DNA of 64,000 bases from an uncultured Ardenticatenaceae bacterium (GTDB lineage: Bacteria; Chloroflexota; Anaerolineae; Promineifilales; Promineifilaceae): NCBI GenBank assembly GCA_964539885.1, contig CAZIKT010000001.1:143292-207291 (forward strand), in the 5' to 3' direction. The number at the start of each line of letters is the position of its first letter. Positions within the stretch are counted from its first letter, which is position 1. Of the stretch, positions 19,048 to 27,923 are shown in pieces. Below the pieces are notes generated by a model. That model saw only the letters and a list, made by a program, of their open reading frames with translations. It made no database searches and was not told the DNA's origin. The translations under genes were made by a program, and so were the position numbers.

Positions 19048-19878
19048 ATGATTGACGAAGCAACGCAGACTGCCGACCGCCGCCGTTCCAGAGCCATCTT
19101 TCGCAGAAACCTGCTTTTGCCTACCGAGCATGGCTCCTGGTCCTGGTTCCTCGTTCCATTCGGGGTGGGTGTGCTGGTCGCCGGCGCCTTGACGTTGGCC
19201 ACGCTGCTGACGCTTGTCGGCGGCCTGGCGCTGTTTCTGATGCGCCAGCCGGCCACCCGCTGGGTTCGCATCCGGGCCGGCAAAGGTCGCCGCGCTGACG
19301 AATCGCTCGCCGCCGGCTGGACGGCCGCATTTGCCCTGATCGCACTCACTTGCCTGATCGGGCTGGTTGTAATGGGAGCAACCGCCCTTCTGTGGCTGAT
19401 TCCGCCGGTGCTGATCCTATTGACCATTTACCTTGCCCTGGCGTTCAGCAAGCCGTCCAACGTGCGCACGTTGTGGATGGAGGTCGCCGGCGCCGCCGGG
19501 TTGGCGCTAATGGCGCCGGCTGCCTATATCACCAGCGCAGGGGTCGCTGACGTTGTGGCGCTGCTGCTCTGGTTACTGCTGGCCGGGCAAAATCTGCTCG
19601 GGGTGCTCTATGTCCGGGTGCGCATCGCCGACACCCATGGCCGGCCTGCGCCGCGCCGCACCTCCTTTCTATTACACGTGGCGGTAACGGCATTGTTCAT
19701 ACTCATTGCGGCCGCCGGGTACTTGCCGTGGTTGGCTGTGCTCCCTTTCCTTGGCTTCGCCGTTCGCTCGGCGTGGGCGGCGGCCGCTGCGCGGCCGATA
19801 CCGAACATCAAGCGCTTCGGATTTCTGGAGATCGCGGTTGAAGTAGTTGGCGGACTGATCTTTGTGGCTGCGTTATGA
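19048..19878 (+). CDS. YwiC-like family polytopic membrane protein
   Basis: N-terminal LPTEHGSWSWFLVPFGVG motif followed by about 8 hydrophobic helices. Family recalled from memory, not searched. Confidence 0.6.
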   Translation: MIDEATQTADRRRSRAIFRRNLLLPTEHGSWSWFLVPFGVGVLVAGALTLATLLTLVGGLALFLMRQPATRWVRIRAGKGRRADESLAAGWTAAFALIALTCLIGLVVMGATALLWLIPPVLILLTIYLALAFSKPSNVRTLWMEVAGAAGLALMAPAAYITSAGVADVVALLLWLLLAGQNLLGVLYVRVRIADTHGRPAPRRTSFLLHVAVTALFILIAAAGYLPWLAVLPFLGFAVRSAWAAAAARPIPNIKRFGFLEIAVEVVGGLIFVAAL

Positions 19879-19893
19879 GCGCGTCCGAGTGAA

Positions 19894-22137
19894 GTGAGCG
19901 GGGGTGTCATGCAGGGCGAACCACCAGCAGGGCCGACCCACCTGAAACCAATCGCACGGAACTTACGCCAAATGTGCCGCCCTGGAGCGCGAGGCGGTCG
20001 AGCCTGGAAGGGCGCCTCAATCGGGGTAGCCGCCGCCTCGCTACTGATGCTCCTATGGGTAAGCCATTCTCTCTTTGCCGCTGCGGGGCCGCTTTATTTC
20101 GTCGCCGGCTTCCTGCTGTTCGTGCTGCTTGGCTTGGCGGCTGCCGGGATCGCCGTTGTCCTGCTGGCCACCCTCAACCGACTTCCCCGCGGCTATCAGT
20201 TCTGGCTGGTGGTTGGCGTCCTGGCACTCGCGCTGCCCCTGATCAACGTCCCGCTTCGGGGAGTAGCACTCCTGGTAGCCGCGGTGTTGCTCCTGTCGTC
20301 GATTGCGGGCGCGGCGCTGTGGGCGTGGTTGGATCCCCGCCGGAAGCCCTCGCGAGCCGCTCCGTTGGTGCTCGCGCTAAGTTCTGGCGGACTCCTGGCG
20401 GGTGCCGTCTGGTTGTTCCAGGTGAACACACACCGGCCGGCACAATCGCAATTCCAGCAGCAACCGTCAATACTTGAAACCGCCCTCCCGAACCCGGCAC
20501 TCCCGGGTGTTCGGGAGGTGCTTAGCCTGACGTACGGGAGTGGCGCGGATCGACATAGGCCGGAATACGGAACGCAGGCAATGCTTTTGACCGAGCCAAT
20601 TGACGGCCGTTCGTTTGTCAGCGATTGGAGCGCGCTGCGAACACAGTTCTGGGGCTTCAACCAGCGTGCAATGCCGCTCAACGGGAGAGTCTGGTACCCG
20701 GCAGGAGATGACACCGCCCCGCTGATACTGATGGTACACGGCAACCATGATATGGCCGATTTCTCTGACCCGGGTTACGCATACCTGGGAGAATTGTTGG
20801 CCAGCCGAGGGTTCATCGCGGTATCCATTGATCAGAACTTCCTGAACGGCTCCGCCGTCGGTGACATACTGGATATGGAACGCCTGAGCAACGAGAACGA
20901 CGCCCGGGCCTGGCTGATATTGCAGCACCTCGCGCAATGGCAGCGCTGGCATAATGGTGCGAACAATCCCTTCGCCGCGAGGGTTGATCTGAACAACATC
21001 GGCCTGATCGGTCACTCTCGGGGAGGGGAAGCGATTGCCGTCGCAACGCTCTTCAACTCGTTGGGGCGCTACCCTGAGAACGCGCGCGTCGCCTTCAATT
21101 TCGGCTTCAACATTCGCGCCGTCGCTGCCATCGCCCCTGTGGATGGGCAGTATTTGCCCGGCAGTCGACCAACCCCGCTGGAAAATGTCAGTTATCTTGT
21201 GCTACAGGGTTCCCATGACGCTGACGTTTCATCGTTTGCCGGCATCGATCAATACGCCCGGGTCAATTTCCCTGACGGCAGGCCGGATTGGTTTAAGAGT
21301 GCCATCTACATGTATGGTGCCAATCATGGGCAGTTTAACTCTACCTGGGGGTCGCTCGACCGCACCCCTCCCCGTGGCCTGCTCCTTGAGCGCAGCGAGT
21401 TGCTCAGTGCAACCGACCAGGAGCAGGCGGCCGCCGTTTTCCTGTCCGCCTTCATGGAAACCATGCTGCGCGGTGAATCTGACTACCGGCCATTCTTTCA
21501 GGAAGCTTCGATAGGAGCCGCCTGGTTACCGGCGACAACCTACATCACGCAGTACAGTGATCCCTCATACCATTACCTGGCTACATTCGAGGAAGACGTC
21601 GATGTGCTGACGGGCACGGCGCCGGGTGTGAGCATGAACGCCACGACCCTCACCACCTGGCGCGAACGAGCCATACACAGCAAGTGGGGCAGCCGGCAAG
21701 ACCATGCTGTCTACCTCGGCTGGGATCGCGAGCGAGCATCGCAGATGCCGACCTTCACCCTGTCTATGCTGTCGCCCCCGGGTTCACTGTCGAAGGACAG
21801 TGTTCTCCTTTTCTCTTTGGCCGATGATCGCGAGCCGGAGGAAGATCTTGCCCCACTGGAATTCACCGTTGAACTAAGCGATCGCTTCGGAGCGCGCGTA
21901 ACATCCCAGTTCGGTGAGGAGCAATTCCTTTCGCCTCCGCTGGTTGTGCCACTCGTGAAACTTGGGCTGTTCACCGACCTGGAGCCGGCCGAACCGATAC
22001 TCGCAAGTTTTCGACTGCCACTGGCTGACTTTACGGGTGATGACGCATTCCAGCCAGAGGCTCTCTCGACGATACGGTTGCTCTTTGACAGGTCGCCGGC
22101 CGGAGACGTGATCCTGGATAACATTGGCTGGCAGTGA
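19894..22137 (+). CDS. membrane-anchored alpha/beta hydrolase (multi-TM N-terminus plus large extracytoplasmic domain)
   Basis: Five to six N-terminal TM helices. Hydrolase core with ILMVHGNHD and nucleophile elbow GLIGHSRGGEA. The start is ambiguous (GTG 19894 or ATG 19909). Confidence 0.7.
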   Translation: MSGGVMQGEPPAGPTHLKPIARNLRQMCRPGARGGRAWKGASIGVAAASLLMLLWVSHSLFAAAGPLYFVAGFLLFVLLGLAAAGIAVVLLATLNRLPRGYQFWLVVGVLALALPLINVPLRGVALLVAAVLLLSSIAGAALWAWLDPRRKPSRAAPLVLALSSGGLLAGAVWLFQVNTHRPAQSQFQQQPSILETALPNPALPGVREVLSLTYGSGADRHRPEYGTQAMLLTEPIDGRSFVSDWSALRTQFWGFNQRAMPLNGRVWYPAGDDTAPLILMVHGNHDMADFSDPGYAYLGELLASRGFIAVSIDQNFLNGSAVGDILDMERLSNENDARAWLILQHLAQWQRWHNGANNPFAARVDLNNIGLIGHSRGGEAIAVATLFNSLGRYPENARVAFNFGFNIRAVAAIAPVDGQYLPGSRPTPLENVSYLVLQGSHDADVSSFAGIDQYARVNFPDGRPDWFKSAIYMYGANHGQFNSTWGSLDRTPPRGLLLERSELLSATDQEQAAAVFLSAFMETMLRGESDYRPFFQEASIGAAWLPATTYITQYSDPSYHYLATFEEDVDVLTGTAPGVSMNATTLTTWRERAIHSKWGSRQDHAVYLGWDRERASQMPTFTLSMLSPPGSLSKDSVLLFSLADDREPEEDLAPLEFTVELSDRFGARVTSQFGEEQFLSPPLVVPLVKLGLFTDLEPAEPILASFRLPLADFTGDDAFQPEALSTIRLLFDRSPAGDVILDNIGWQ

Positions 22138-22184
22138 AGCTGTGAGACATGCACTGATGCAACGGCCGGTACTTCACATTACAC

Positions 22185-22226
22185 TTGTCACAGAAATCAG
22201 TGACAATTGTCCCTTTTCCAATTGTC
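22185..22226. promoter_or_regulatory. clustered TTGTC-containing inverted and direct repeats upstream of the plus-strand cytochrome operon
   Basis: Inverted repeat TTGTCAC-N8-GTGACAA (22185-22206). Direct repeats CAATTGTC at 22204-22211 and 22219-22226. These lie about 160-200 nt upstream of the ATG at 22383. Confidence 0.3.
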
Positions 22227-22382
22227 GCTAGCATAGCAATCTTGAGCCTGCCAGGATGGACATACGCGCCCAGCGTAAGTAGTTCGCAGATCGGTCAAAG
22301 GATTGACCAAGCGGGTTAAGGAACCGTGCGTTGCGCCGGTCTCCCAGGTTTCCAAGCTAGGCAAAAAAAGGGGCACGATATT

Positions 22383-23666
22383 ATGAAAGCTCGGTTTCGT
22401 CTTCCTGCAATCTTGCTTATGCTGTTGGTTGCCGCCTTGATAGGGGGATGCAGAGAGCCTGCGCCGGATAGTGGGCCGGTCGGACCTGCGGGGCCGCCCG
22501 GACCGATGGGGCCGGTTGGTCCCGCCGGAGAAAACGCGTCGGCCAGCCAGCAGTACGTCGGCTCCGAAAGCTGCGGCTCTTGCCACGAGGACCAATACGC
22601 TACCTTTGTCCTGTCCGGCCATCCCTACCAGCTGACCAAGATTGAAAACGGAGAGCCACCGGTATTCCCTTATGATGAGATAACCGACGGCATCCCCTCT
22701 CCGCCGGACGGCTATGAGTGGGCCGATGTCTCCTACGTCGTGGGCGGTTATGGTTGGAAGGCGCAGTTCCTGGACCTGGACGGCTACATCATTGCGGGAG
22801 ATGAGGAGACTGCCACCCAATACAACTTAGCCAATGAAGATCTGGAGTTGCCGGCTGGCTGGGTCCCCTATCATTCCGGCGAGCAACTATCCTACGACTG
22901 CGGCACCTGCCATACGACCGGCTATCAGCCGGAAGGTCATCAAGATGCCTTGGAGGGAATTGTGGGCGTCTGGGCCTACCCCGGCGTCCAGTGTGAGGCG
23001 TGCCACGGGCCGGGCAGCCTGCATGCCGCCGATCCCTATGGAGTCCGCATGGTCCTCGATCGCTCCTCACAGATGTGCGGCGATTGCCACATGCGCGACA
23101 ACCCGGCGCTGATCGACGCCGGCGACGGCCTTGAGCAGAATTATCAGCAATATGACGACCTGTACAACTCCCGCCATTTCGCCATTAGCTGCGTGACTTG
23201 CCACGATCCGCATGCCGGCGTGCGCTTCACCGACCCGGAGGCAACGAGCGCACAGGGTATTCGGCAATCATGTGAGAATTGCCATTGGGCGCAGGTCATA
23301 CAGAAGAATGAGCGCCGGCACTTCAACCTGACCTGCACCACATGCCACATGCCGGCCATGGCCGTCTCCGCGCAATCCATTGCGGAGGAATTCAGCGGCG
23401 ATATTCACTCCCATCAATTCGCCATCAACACGGACCCGAACGCGCCGCAGTTCAGTGAAGACGGCAGTCAGGTAATGCCGTACATCACGCTGCAATATGC
23501 CTGCCAGCAGTGCCATAACGGTTCCTTTTTCAGTGAGCAGGACCTTGTGACGCTGTCGGAGATGGCCCGTGACTATCACGAGCCGGCGACCGCCACGCCT
23601 ACGCCGGAACCGACGTCGACAGTCGAATCAGGCGAGGAGACGCCCACCCCCACGCCGACTCCGTAG
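22383..23666 (+). CDS. octaheme c-type cytochrome lipoprotein with an N-terminal collagen-like stalk
   Basis: Lipobox LIGGC. Eight CXXCH sites (CGSCH, CGTCH, CEACH, CGDCH, CVTCH, CENCH, CTTCH, CQQCH). First site resembles the cytochrome c554-type context (C..CH...Y......GH). Pro/Thr-rich C-terminal tail. Confidence 0.9.
   Translation: MKARFRLPAILLMLLVAALIGGCREPAPDSGPVGPAGPPGPMGPVGPAGENASASQQYVGSESCGSCHEDQYATFVLSGHPYQLTKIENGEPPVFPYDEITDGIPSPPDGYEWADVSYVVGGYGWKAQFLDLDGYIIAGDEETATQYNLANEDLELPAGWVPYHSGEQLSYDCGTCHTTGYQPEGHQDALEGIVGVWAYPGVQCEACHGPGSLHAADPYGVRMVLDRSSQMCGDCHMRDNPALIDAGDGLEQNYQQYDDLYNSRHFAISCVTCHDPHAGVRFTDPEATSAQGIRQSCENCHWAQVIQKNERRHFNLTCTTCHMPAMAVSAQSIAEEFSGDIHSHQFAINTDPNAPQFSEDGSQVMPYITLQYACQQCHNGSFFSEQDLVTLSEMARDYHEPATATPTPEPTSTVESGEETPTPTPTP
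22473..22535 (+). repeat. collagen-like Gly-X-Y repeat (7 triplets) within the octaheme cytochrome
   Basis: GPV GPA GPP GPM GPV GPA GEN, starting 7 residues after the lipobox Cys. Confidence 0.85.
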
Positions 23667-23700
23667 CGGAGCCGCAATCAAGTGACTCGGAGGTAATCCT

Positions 23701-25425
23701 ATGCGCAGGCTCTTCAGGGGTATCAAGCATTTCTTTCTTCCTCCACCAGGGAGTTCAGTCTGGCTGCGCATCCTGCCGTTTGTCGTCCTTGGTGTACTGA
23801 CAGTATTTGTGCTCAGCGGCTCGTCTTACGCCTGGACGTACACCAACTCGCCTGAGTTTTGCGGGAGCGCCTGCCACACGATGCCGCCCAACTACAGCAC
23901 CTATCTGCAATCGCCGCACGCCCGCGTGCAGTGCGTCGAATGTCATATTGGCCGGGATGTGATCACCACCCAATTCACCCGCAAGGCTGGCGACCTGCGA
24001 CATGTCTACTACACGATTACTCAAGACTTCGAGTATCCCATTCATTCCGAGGCGATGCGCCCGGCGCGGGACAGCTGTGAAAGATGTCATTTCCCCGAGA
24101 AGTTTTCCGACGATAGCCTGCGCCTTATCCGCGACTATGAGGGTGAAGACAACTCGCTGCTCACCACGCATCTACTGATGAAGACCGGCGGTGGCAGCCA
24201 ACGCGAGGGCCTTGGACGGGGCATACATTGGCACATCGAAAACGAGGTGTGGTATCTGGCCGAGGACCAGCTCGAGCAAGACATTCCTTATGTGCGCGTC
24301 GTAGACGAAGATGGGCAGATTTCGGAATTCTACGACATTGAATCCGGCATCACGCCGGATGATGTTGCCGGCAAAAGCCTGGAGCTGATGGACTGTATCA
24401 ATTGCCACAATCGCGTGACCCACACCGTGCCCAGCCCGGAAGACGCCATCGACCTGGCCTTCACGAGCGGGCAGTTGTCCAGAGACCTGCCGGCAATTTA
24501 CGATGCCGCGTATGAGCGGCTCAGTCAGATCTACACCGACAGTCAGGCCGCGGAAGAGAGCTTTGACTCCGTGGTGGATTTCTATGCCGAGGGGTATCCG
24601 GACATCTACAGTGAGCGCCAAGAAGAAATCGAGGCGATCCCGGCCGTGCTCGCGGACCTCTATAGTCAGATGGTGTTCGGCGACCAGCGCGTGGATTGGA
24701 AGACACATCCAGATAATCTGGGCCATGTCAACTCTCCCGGCTGTTTTCGCTGCCACGACGGCAAGCATCTGAGCGGCACAGGGGAGGCGATCCGCCTGGA
24801 GTGCAACCTGTGTCATTCAGTGCCGATCATCAGCGATGAAACCACCCTGGTCACTAACCTGGAACTTGTGCGCGGGCCGGAACCGCCGTCGCACATTCAT
24901 AGCAGTTGGATAGCGTTGCACGGTAAAGCCATTGATTCCTCATGCGCGGCCTGCCATGAACCGGCCGATCCGGAAATGGATTACACCGCGCTGGAAGGCA
25001 GACCTCCCAATGACGGCTCTTTTTGCGGCAATGCGGCCTGTCATGGCCCTGACTGGGAGTATGCCGGCTTCGACTCCCCGGCGCTGGAACCCTTCCTGGA
25101 GCGCCAGCTTTACATCCTGCAAAACACCAGCCCTTATCTGCTGGAAGGCGTGCCGCGCACATATGACAGTACTTTCAAAGCGCTGTTCGATGGACGTTGC
25201 GTCTTCTGCCATGGGACGGAGGAGACCAAGGCAGACCTGGACCTGAGTAGCTATGAGGGGATCATGCAAGGCGGCAAAAGCGGACCCGTCATCGTTCCTG
25301 GCGACCCGGAGAACAGCGCACTGATCGCAGTGCAATCGGCCTCCCAGGAGCACTTCGGGCAGGTATTGGATGACGAATTGGTCGCGCTGTGGGAATGGCT
25401 TTTGGCGGGGGCGCCTAGGGAATAA
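23701..25425 (+). CDS. NapC/NirT-like membrane-anchored multiheme cytochrome with a C-terminal Planctomycete-cytochrome-C-like domain
   Basis: N-terminal TM helix, then a NapC/NirT-like context (SPEFCGSACHTM...SPHARVQCVECH). Seven CXXCH sites plus CGSACH (CX3CH) and CGNAACH (CX4CH). C-terminal FDGRCVFCHG...LDLSSYEGIMQGG...VPGDPENSALI. RBS GGAGG lies before the ATG. Confidence 0.9.
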   Translation: MRRLFRGIKHFFLPPPGSSVWLRILPFVVLGVLTVFVLSGSSYAWTYTNSPEFCGSACHTMPPNYSTYLQSPHARVQCVECHIGRDVITTQFTRKAGDLRHVYYTITQDFEYPIHSEAMRPARDSCERCHFPEKFSDDSLRLIRDYEGEDNSLLTTHLLMKTGGGSQREGLGRGIHWHIENEVWYLAEDQLEQDIPYVRVVDEDGQISEFYDIESGITPDDVAGKSLELMDCINCHNRVTHTVPSPEDAIDLAFTSGQLSRDLPAIYDAAYERLSQIYTDSQAAEESFDSVVDFYAEGYPDIYSERQEEIEAIPAVLADLYSQMVFGDQRVDWKTHPDNLGHVNSPGCFRCHDGKHLSGTGEAIRLECNLCHSVPIISDETTLVTNLELVRGPEPPSHIHSSWIALHGKAIDSSCAACHEPADPEMDYTALEGRPPNDGSFCGNAACHGPDWEYAGFDSPALEPFLERQLYILQNTSPYLLEGVPRTYDSTFKALFDGRCVFCHGTEETKADLDLSSYEGIMQGGKSGPVIVPGDPENSALIAVQSASQEHFGQVLDDELVALWEWLLAGAPRE

Positions 25426-25437
25426 GCTTTCCAAAAG

Positions 25438-25475
25438 AGAGGTCCCGTGGGATGCAGTATCGTCACGGGACCTCT
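25438..25475. terminator. hairpin between the convergent cytochrome operons
   Basis: AGAGGTCCCGTG (25438-25449) pairs with CACGGGACCTCT (25464-25475), with a 14-nt loop. An A-run on the plus strand (CCAAAAG) gives a CUUUUGG tail for minus-strand transcripts. There is no T-run for the plus strand. Confidence 0.5.
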
Positions 25476-25544
25476 ACGATTACTCAGTTCAGGCCGCGAG
25501 AATCAGTCGTTTCCGACCAACCGGCAACCGTCTTGCTGTACAGC

Positions 25545-27797
25545 CTAAGGCGCCGGTTCTTCAGGGACGACAACCGGCGGCCGGCTCAGCGCTGATACAT
25601 CCCCACCCACACTGGCAATCGAATCGTAAAGGATCTGCATCACGTAATCGCCGTTGTGGGCGAACGCGCCGGGATCCTTCTGCGAATACTGATAGTTGTA
25701 GGCGGCGCGCAACAGGGCCGGCGTCCAGGATGCATACCCTTCGGTATCGGCGGCAGACGCTACACCATCGGCGTCCGCATCCACAAAGAAGTATGGATAG
25801 CGAGCCGGGTTGTACACAATCGGCGTGCCGATCGTGTTAGCCGCGTAACCTTGGAATGCGGCGTAGAGTAACTCGGCTAGTGTTGCCACCTCGCCGGCGA
25901 TGCCTTCGGTTACGTCGCCATCCCCATCGTAATCGACCGGAGTTTCATCATCATCGTCGAAGCGGATGTTGACCAGATCGTCCATGGTCTCGACGCCCTC
26001 GTGGCAGTCAGCGCATTCCTCGAACTGCACTTCCAGGGTATGGGTACCGTGACATTCCGTGCAGGCGTTGAAAGCGTTAACGTGTTCGTTTTGGCCGTTG
26101 TACTCCAGGCCCTCGAACTCATATGCCCCTTGAGCCTCAGTTCCAAAGAGCGTCGCGCCGGCGGCGAAGTAATGGATGTTGCGGAATCCCAGCGAATCCG
26201 ACACCTCGTCATCGCCCAGCTCACCTATCGCGCGATTCACACTCGCCGTGGACTCGCGCCCCTGGTGGCAATTCAAGCAGAGGTTGCTGCCGGGATCGTC
26301 CAGGGCTAGCTCGGCTCCACTTGGGAACGTGACTGACTCAACCTCATAGATGGTGAACTCGCCCACATCACTGTGGCAGGTGGAGCAGGCCAAGCCGTTG
26401 GAAGCCGGCTGGTTGATGGCCACGTTCTGCTCGATGTACAGCGGCAGGCCGGCAGCGCTGTGGCAGCGGCTGCAGCTCCCCGGCACGATCCCACCGTCTT
26501 CTTCGCCGTCCCAGTGCCGGAAGGCTTCTTCGGAGCCGGCGAAGTGCCCATGATCAATTCGCCGCAGGGCGGCCAAATCCACCGGGGCTGCGATCGATCC
26601 ATTCAGATCTTCGATCGAGTCGTACAGCAACTGGATGATGTATTTGCCGCCATGTGCGAAGCGACCAGGATCCTTCAGGGACACCTGGTAGTTGTATGCG
26701 GCGCGGGTCAGGCGCGGAGTCCAGGTGGCATAGCGCTCGGTCTCATCTTCGCCGATGGTACCATCGCCGTTGGCGTCGATGAAGAAGTAGGGATGGCTAT
26801 CGCCGTTGTAGCCAATGGGCGAGCCGGCTACCTCGTTTGCATATGCTTGCACTGAGGTGAGCAGAATGTCCCGCATGCCGTCAATCTCGAATGCAATGCC
26901 TTCGTCCATGTCGCCGTCGCCGTCGTAGTCAACCAACGACCCCGGCATACGCACGTCCTGGAAATCCTCAACTGTTTCCACGTCAGTGTGGCATGCAGTG
27001 CACTCCTCAACCTGCACCTCCAGGGTGTGCGGGTCATGGCAAGAGTTGCACGTGTTGTACCCATCTACATGGTCGTAACGGGCATCATATGATTTCCCCG
27101 CGTATTCATAACCACCCTTCGCCAGCGTGCCGTACTGCGTCGCTGCCGCCGCGTAGTAATGGATATTGGAGAAACCGAGGTCTTCACTCACTGTGTCGGG
27201 TGCCTCCGCCAATCCCGCGTCCGCGATCTTCTGATCAACAGAAACGGTAGATTCGCGACCCTGGTGACACTCCATGCAGCGCGACTCATCACCCAATCCG
27301 GTGACTTCAAGCCCTGATGGGAAGACCACACTGTCCTTGGTAATCGTTACGTCATTGTGGCAGGCAGCGCACTCCACCGTGGTACCGATCGGCGCCGCCA
27401 CATCCACCACACCGGCTTCCGATCCATCGAGACCAAGGAAATCCTGGTATCCCGGCGTGCTGTGACACTTGGCGCAACTCGTCGGAATCTCTGCTGGATC
27501 CTCTTCGTTCCAGTGGACAAACGCCTCGGCGGTGGTGTCGTTGTGCGGAGACGATTCCCAGCGCTCGACGAAGACCATCTCGTCCGCCGCGCTGACTTCG
27601 GGCACCGGACATTCTTCACATACCGGCGCCTCAACTTCCGGGCACACAGCCTCTTCCACGTCCGGACATTCCGCCGCGACTTCCACCTCCACAATACGTG
27701 TTACTTCTACCGGCTCTTGCTGTTCGTCGCTACATGCCGCCAGAGCCAGGGCGACGAGGAGCAGTAGCGCCATGATAATCAGGCTTTTTCGTTGCAT
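25545..27797 (-). CDS. decaheme c-type cytochrome lipoprotein built from a tandemly duplicated pentaheme module
   Basis: ATG at 27797, lipobox LALAAC. Ten CXXCH sites (CAKCH, CAACH, CMECH, CNSCH, CTACH / CSRCH, CSTCH, CLNCH, CTECH, CADCH). The two halves align residue-for-residue over about 310 aa. Confidence 0.9.
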   Translation of the reverse strand: MQRKSLIIMALLLLVALALAACSDEQQEPVEVTRIVEVEVAAECPDVEEAVCPEVEAPVCEECPVPEVSAADEMVFVERWESSPHNDTTAEAFVHWNEEDPAEIPTSCAKCHSTPGYQDFLGLDGSEAGVVDVAAPIGTTVECAACHNDVTITKDSVVFPSGLEVTGLGDESRCMECHQGRESTVSVDQKIADAGLAEAPDTVSEDLGFSNIHYYAAAATQYGTLAKGGYEYAGKSYDARYDHVDGYNTCNSCHDPHTLEVQVEECTACHTDVETVEDFQDVRMPGSLVDYDGDGDMDEGIAFEIDGMRDILLTSVQAYANEVAGSPIGYNGDSHPYFFIDANGDGTIGEDETERYATWTPRLTRAAYNYQVSLKDPGRFAHGGKYIIQLLYDSIEDLNGSIAAPVDLAALRRIDHGHFAGSEEAFRHWDGEEDGGIVPGSCSRCHSAAGLPLYIEQNVAINQPASNGLACSTCHSDVGEFTIYEVESVTFPSGAELALDDPGSNLCLNCHQGRESTASVNRAIGELGDDEVSDSLGFRNIHYFAAGATLFGTEAQGAYEFEGLEYNGQNEHVNAFNACTECHGTHTLEVQFEECADCHEGVETMDDLVNIRFDDDDETPVDYDGDGDVTEGIAGEVATLAELLYAAFQGYAANTIGTPIVYNPARYPYFFVDADADGVASAADTEGYASWTPALLRAAYNYQYSQKDPGAFAHNGDYVMQILYDSIASVGGDVSALSRPPVVVPEEPAP

Positions 27798-27923
27798 AGT
27801 TCTGCGCCCCTTTATTATCATTCACTCCCGGGTCCGGAGGGCATGCGCACAGGGCAGGTGCTCCTGACAGACCCTTTTCCTGTACAAGGCCGGCTGACCA
27901 ATGACCGGCGTGACGACCATCTC

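Noticed and set aside
22200-22211. A shared 12-mer upstream of both cytochrome operons in the same orientation: GTGACAATTGTC at 22200-22211, and GTGACGATTGTC as the reverse complement of 32149-32160.
   Set aside because: It matches at 11 of 12 positions. A back-of-envelope estimate for two upstream regions of about 250 and about 400 nt gives an expectation of a few tenths of such a match by chance. The distances to the start codons also differ (about 175 versus about 295 nt). It is not significant without genome-wide motif enrichment or binding data.
22383-23666. The possibility that the octaheme proteins are HAO/ONR/OTR-type catalytic octaheme enzymes.
   Set aside because: This is not adopted as the call. 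At about 400-430 aa they seem short for those families. I saw no CX15CH (MccA-type) or other special catalytic-heme motif by eye. It remains the main alternative to the conduit hypothesis and needs HMM or structure checks.
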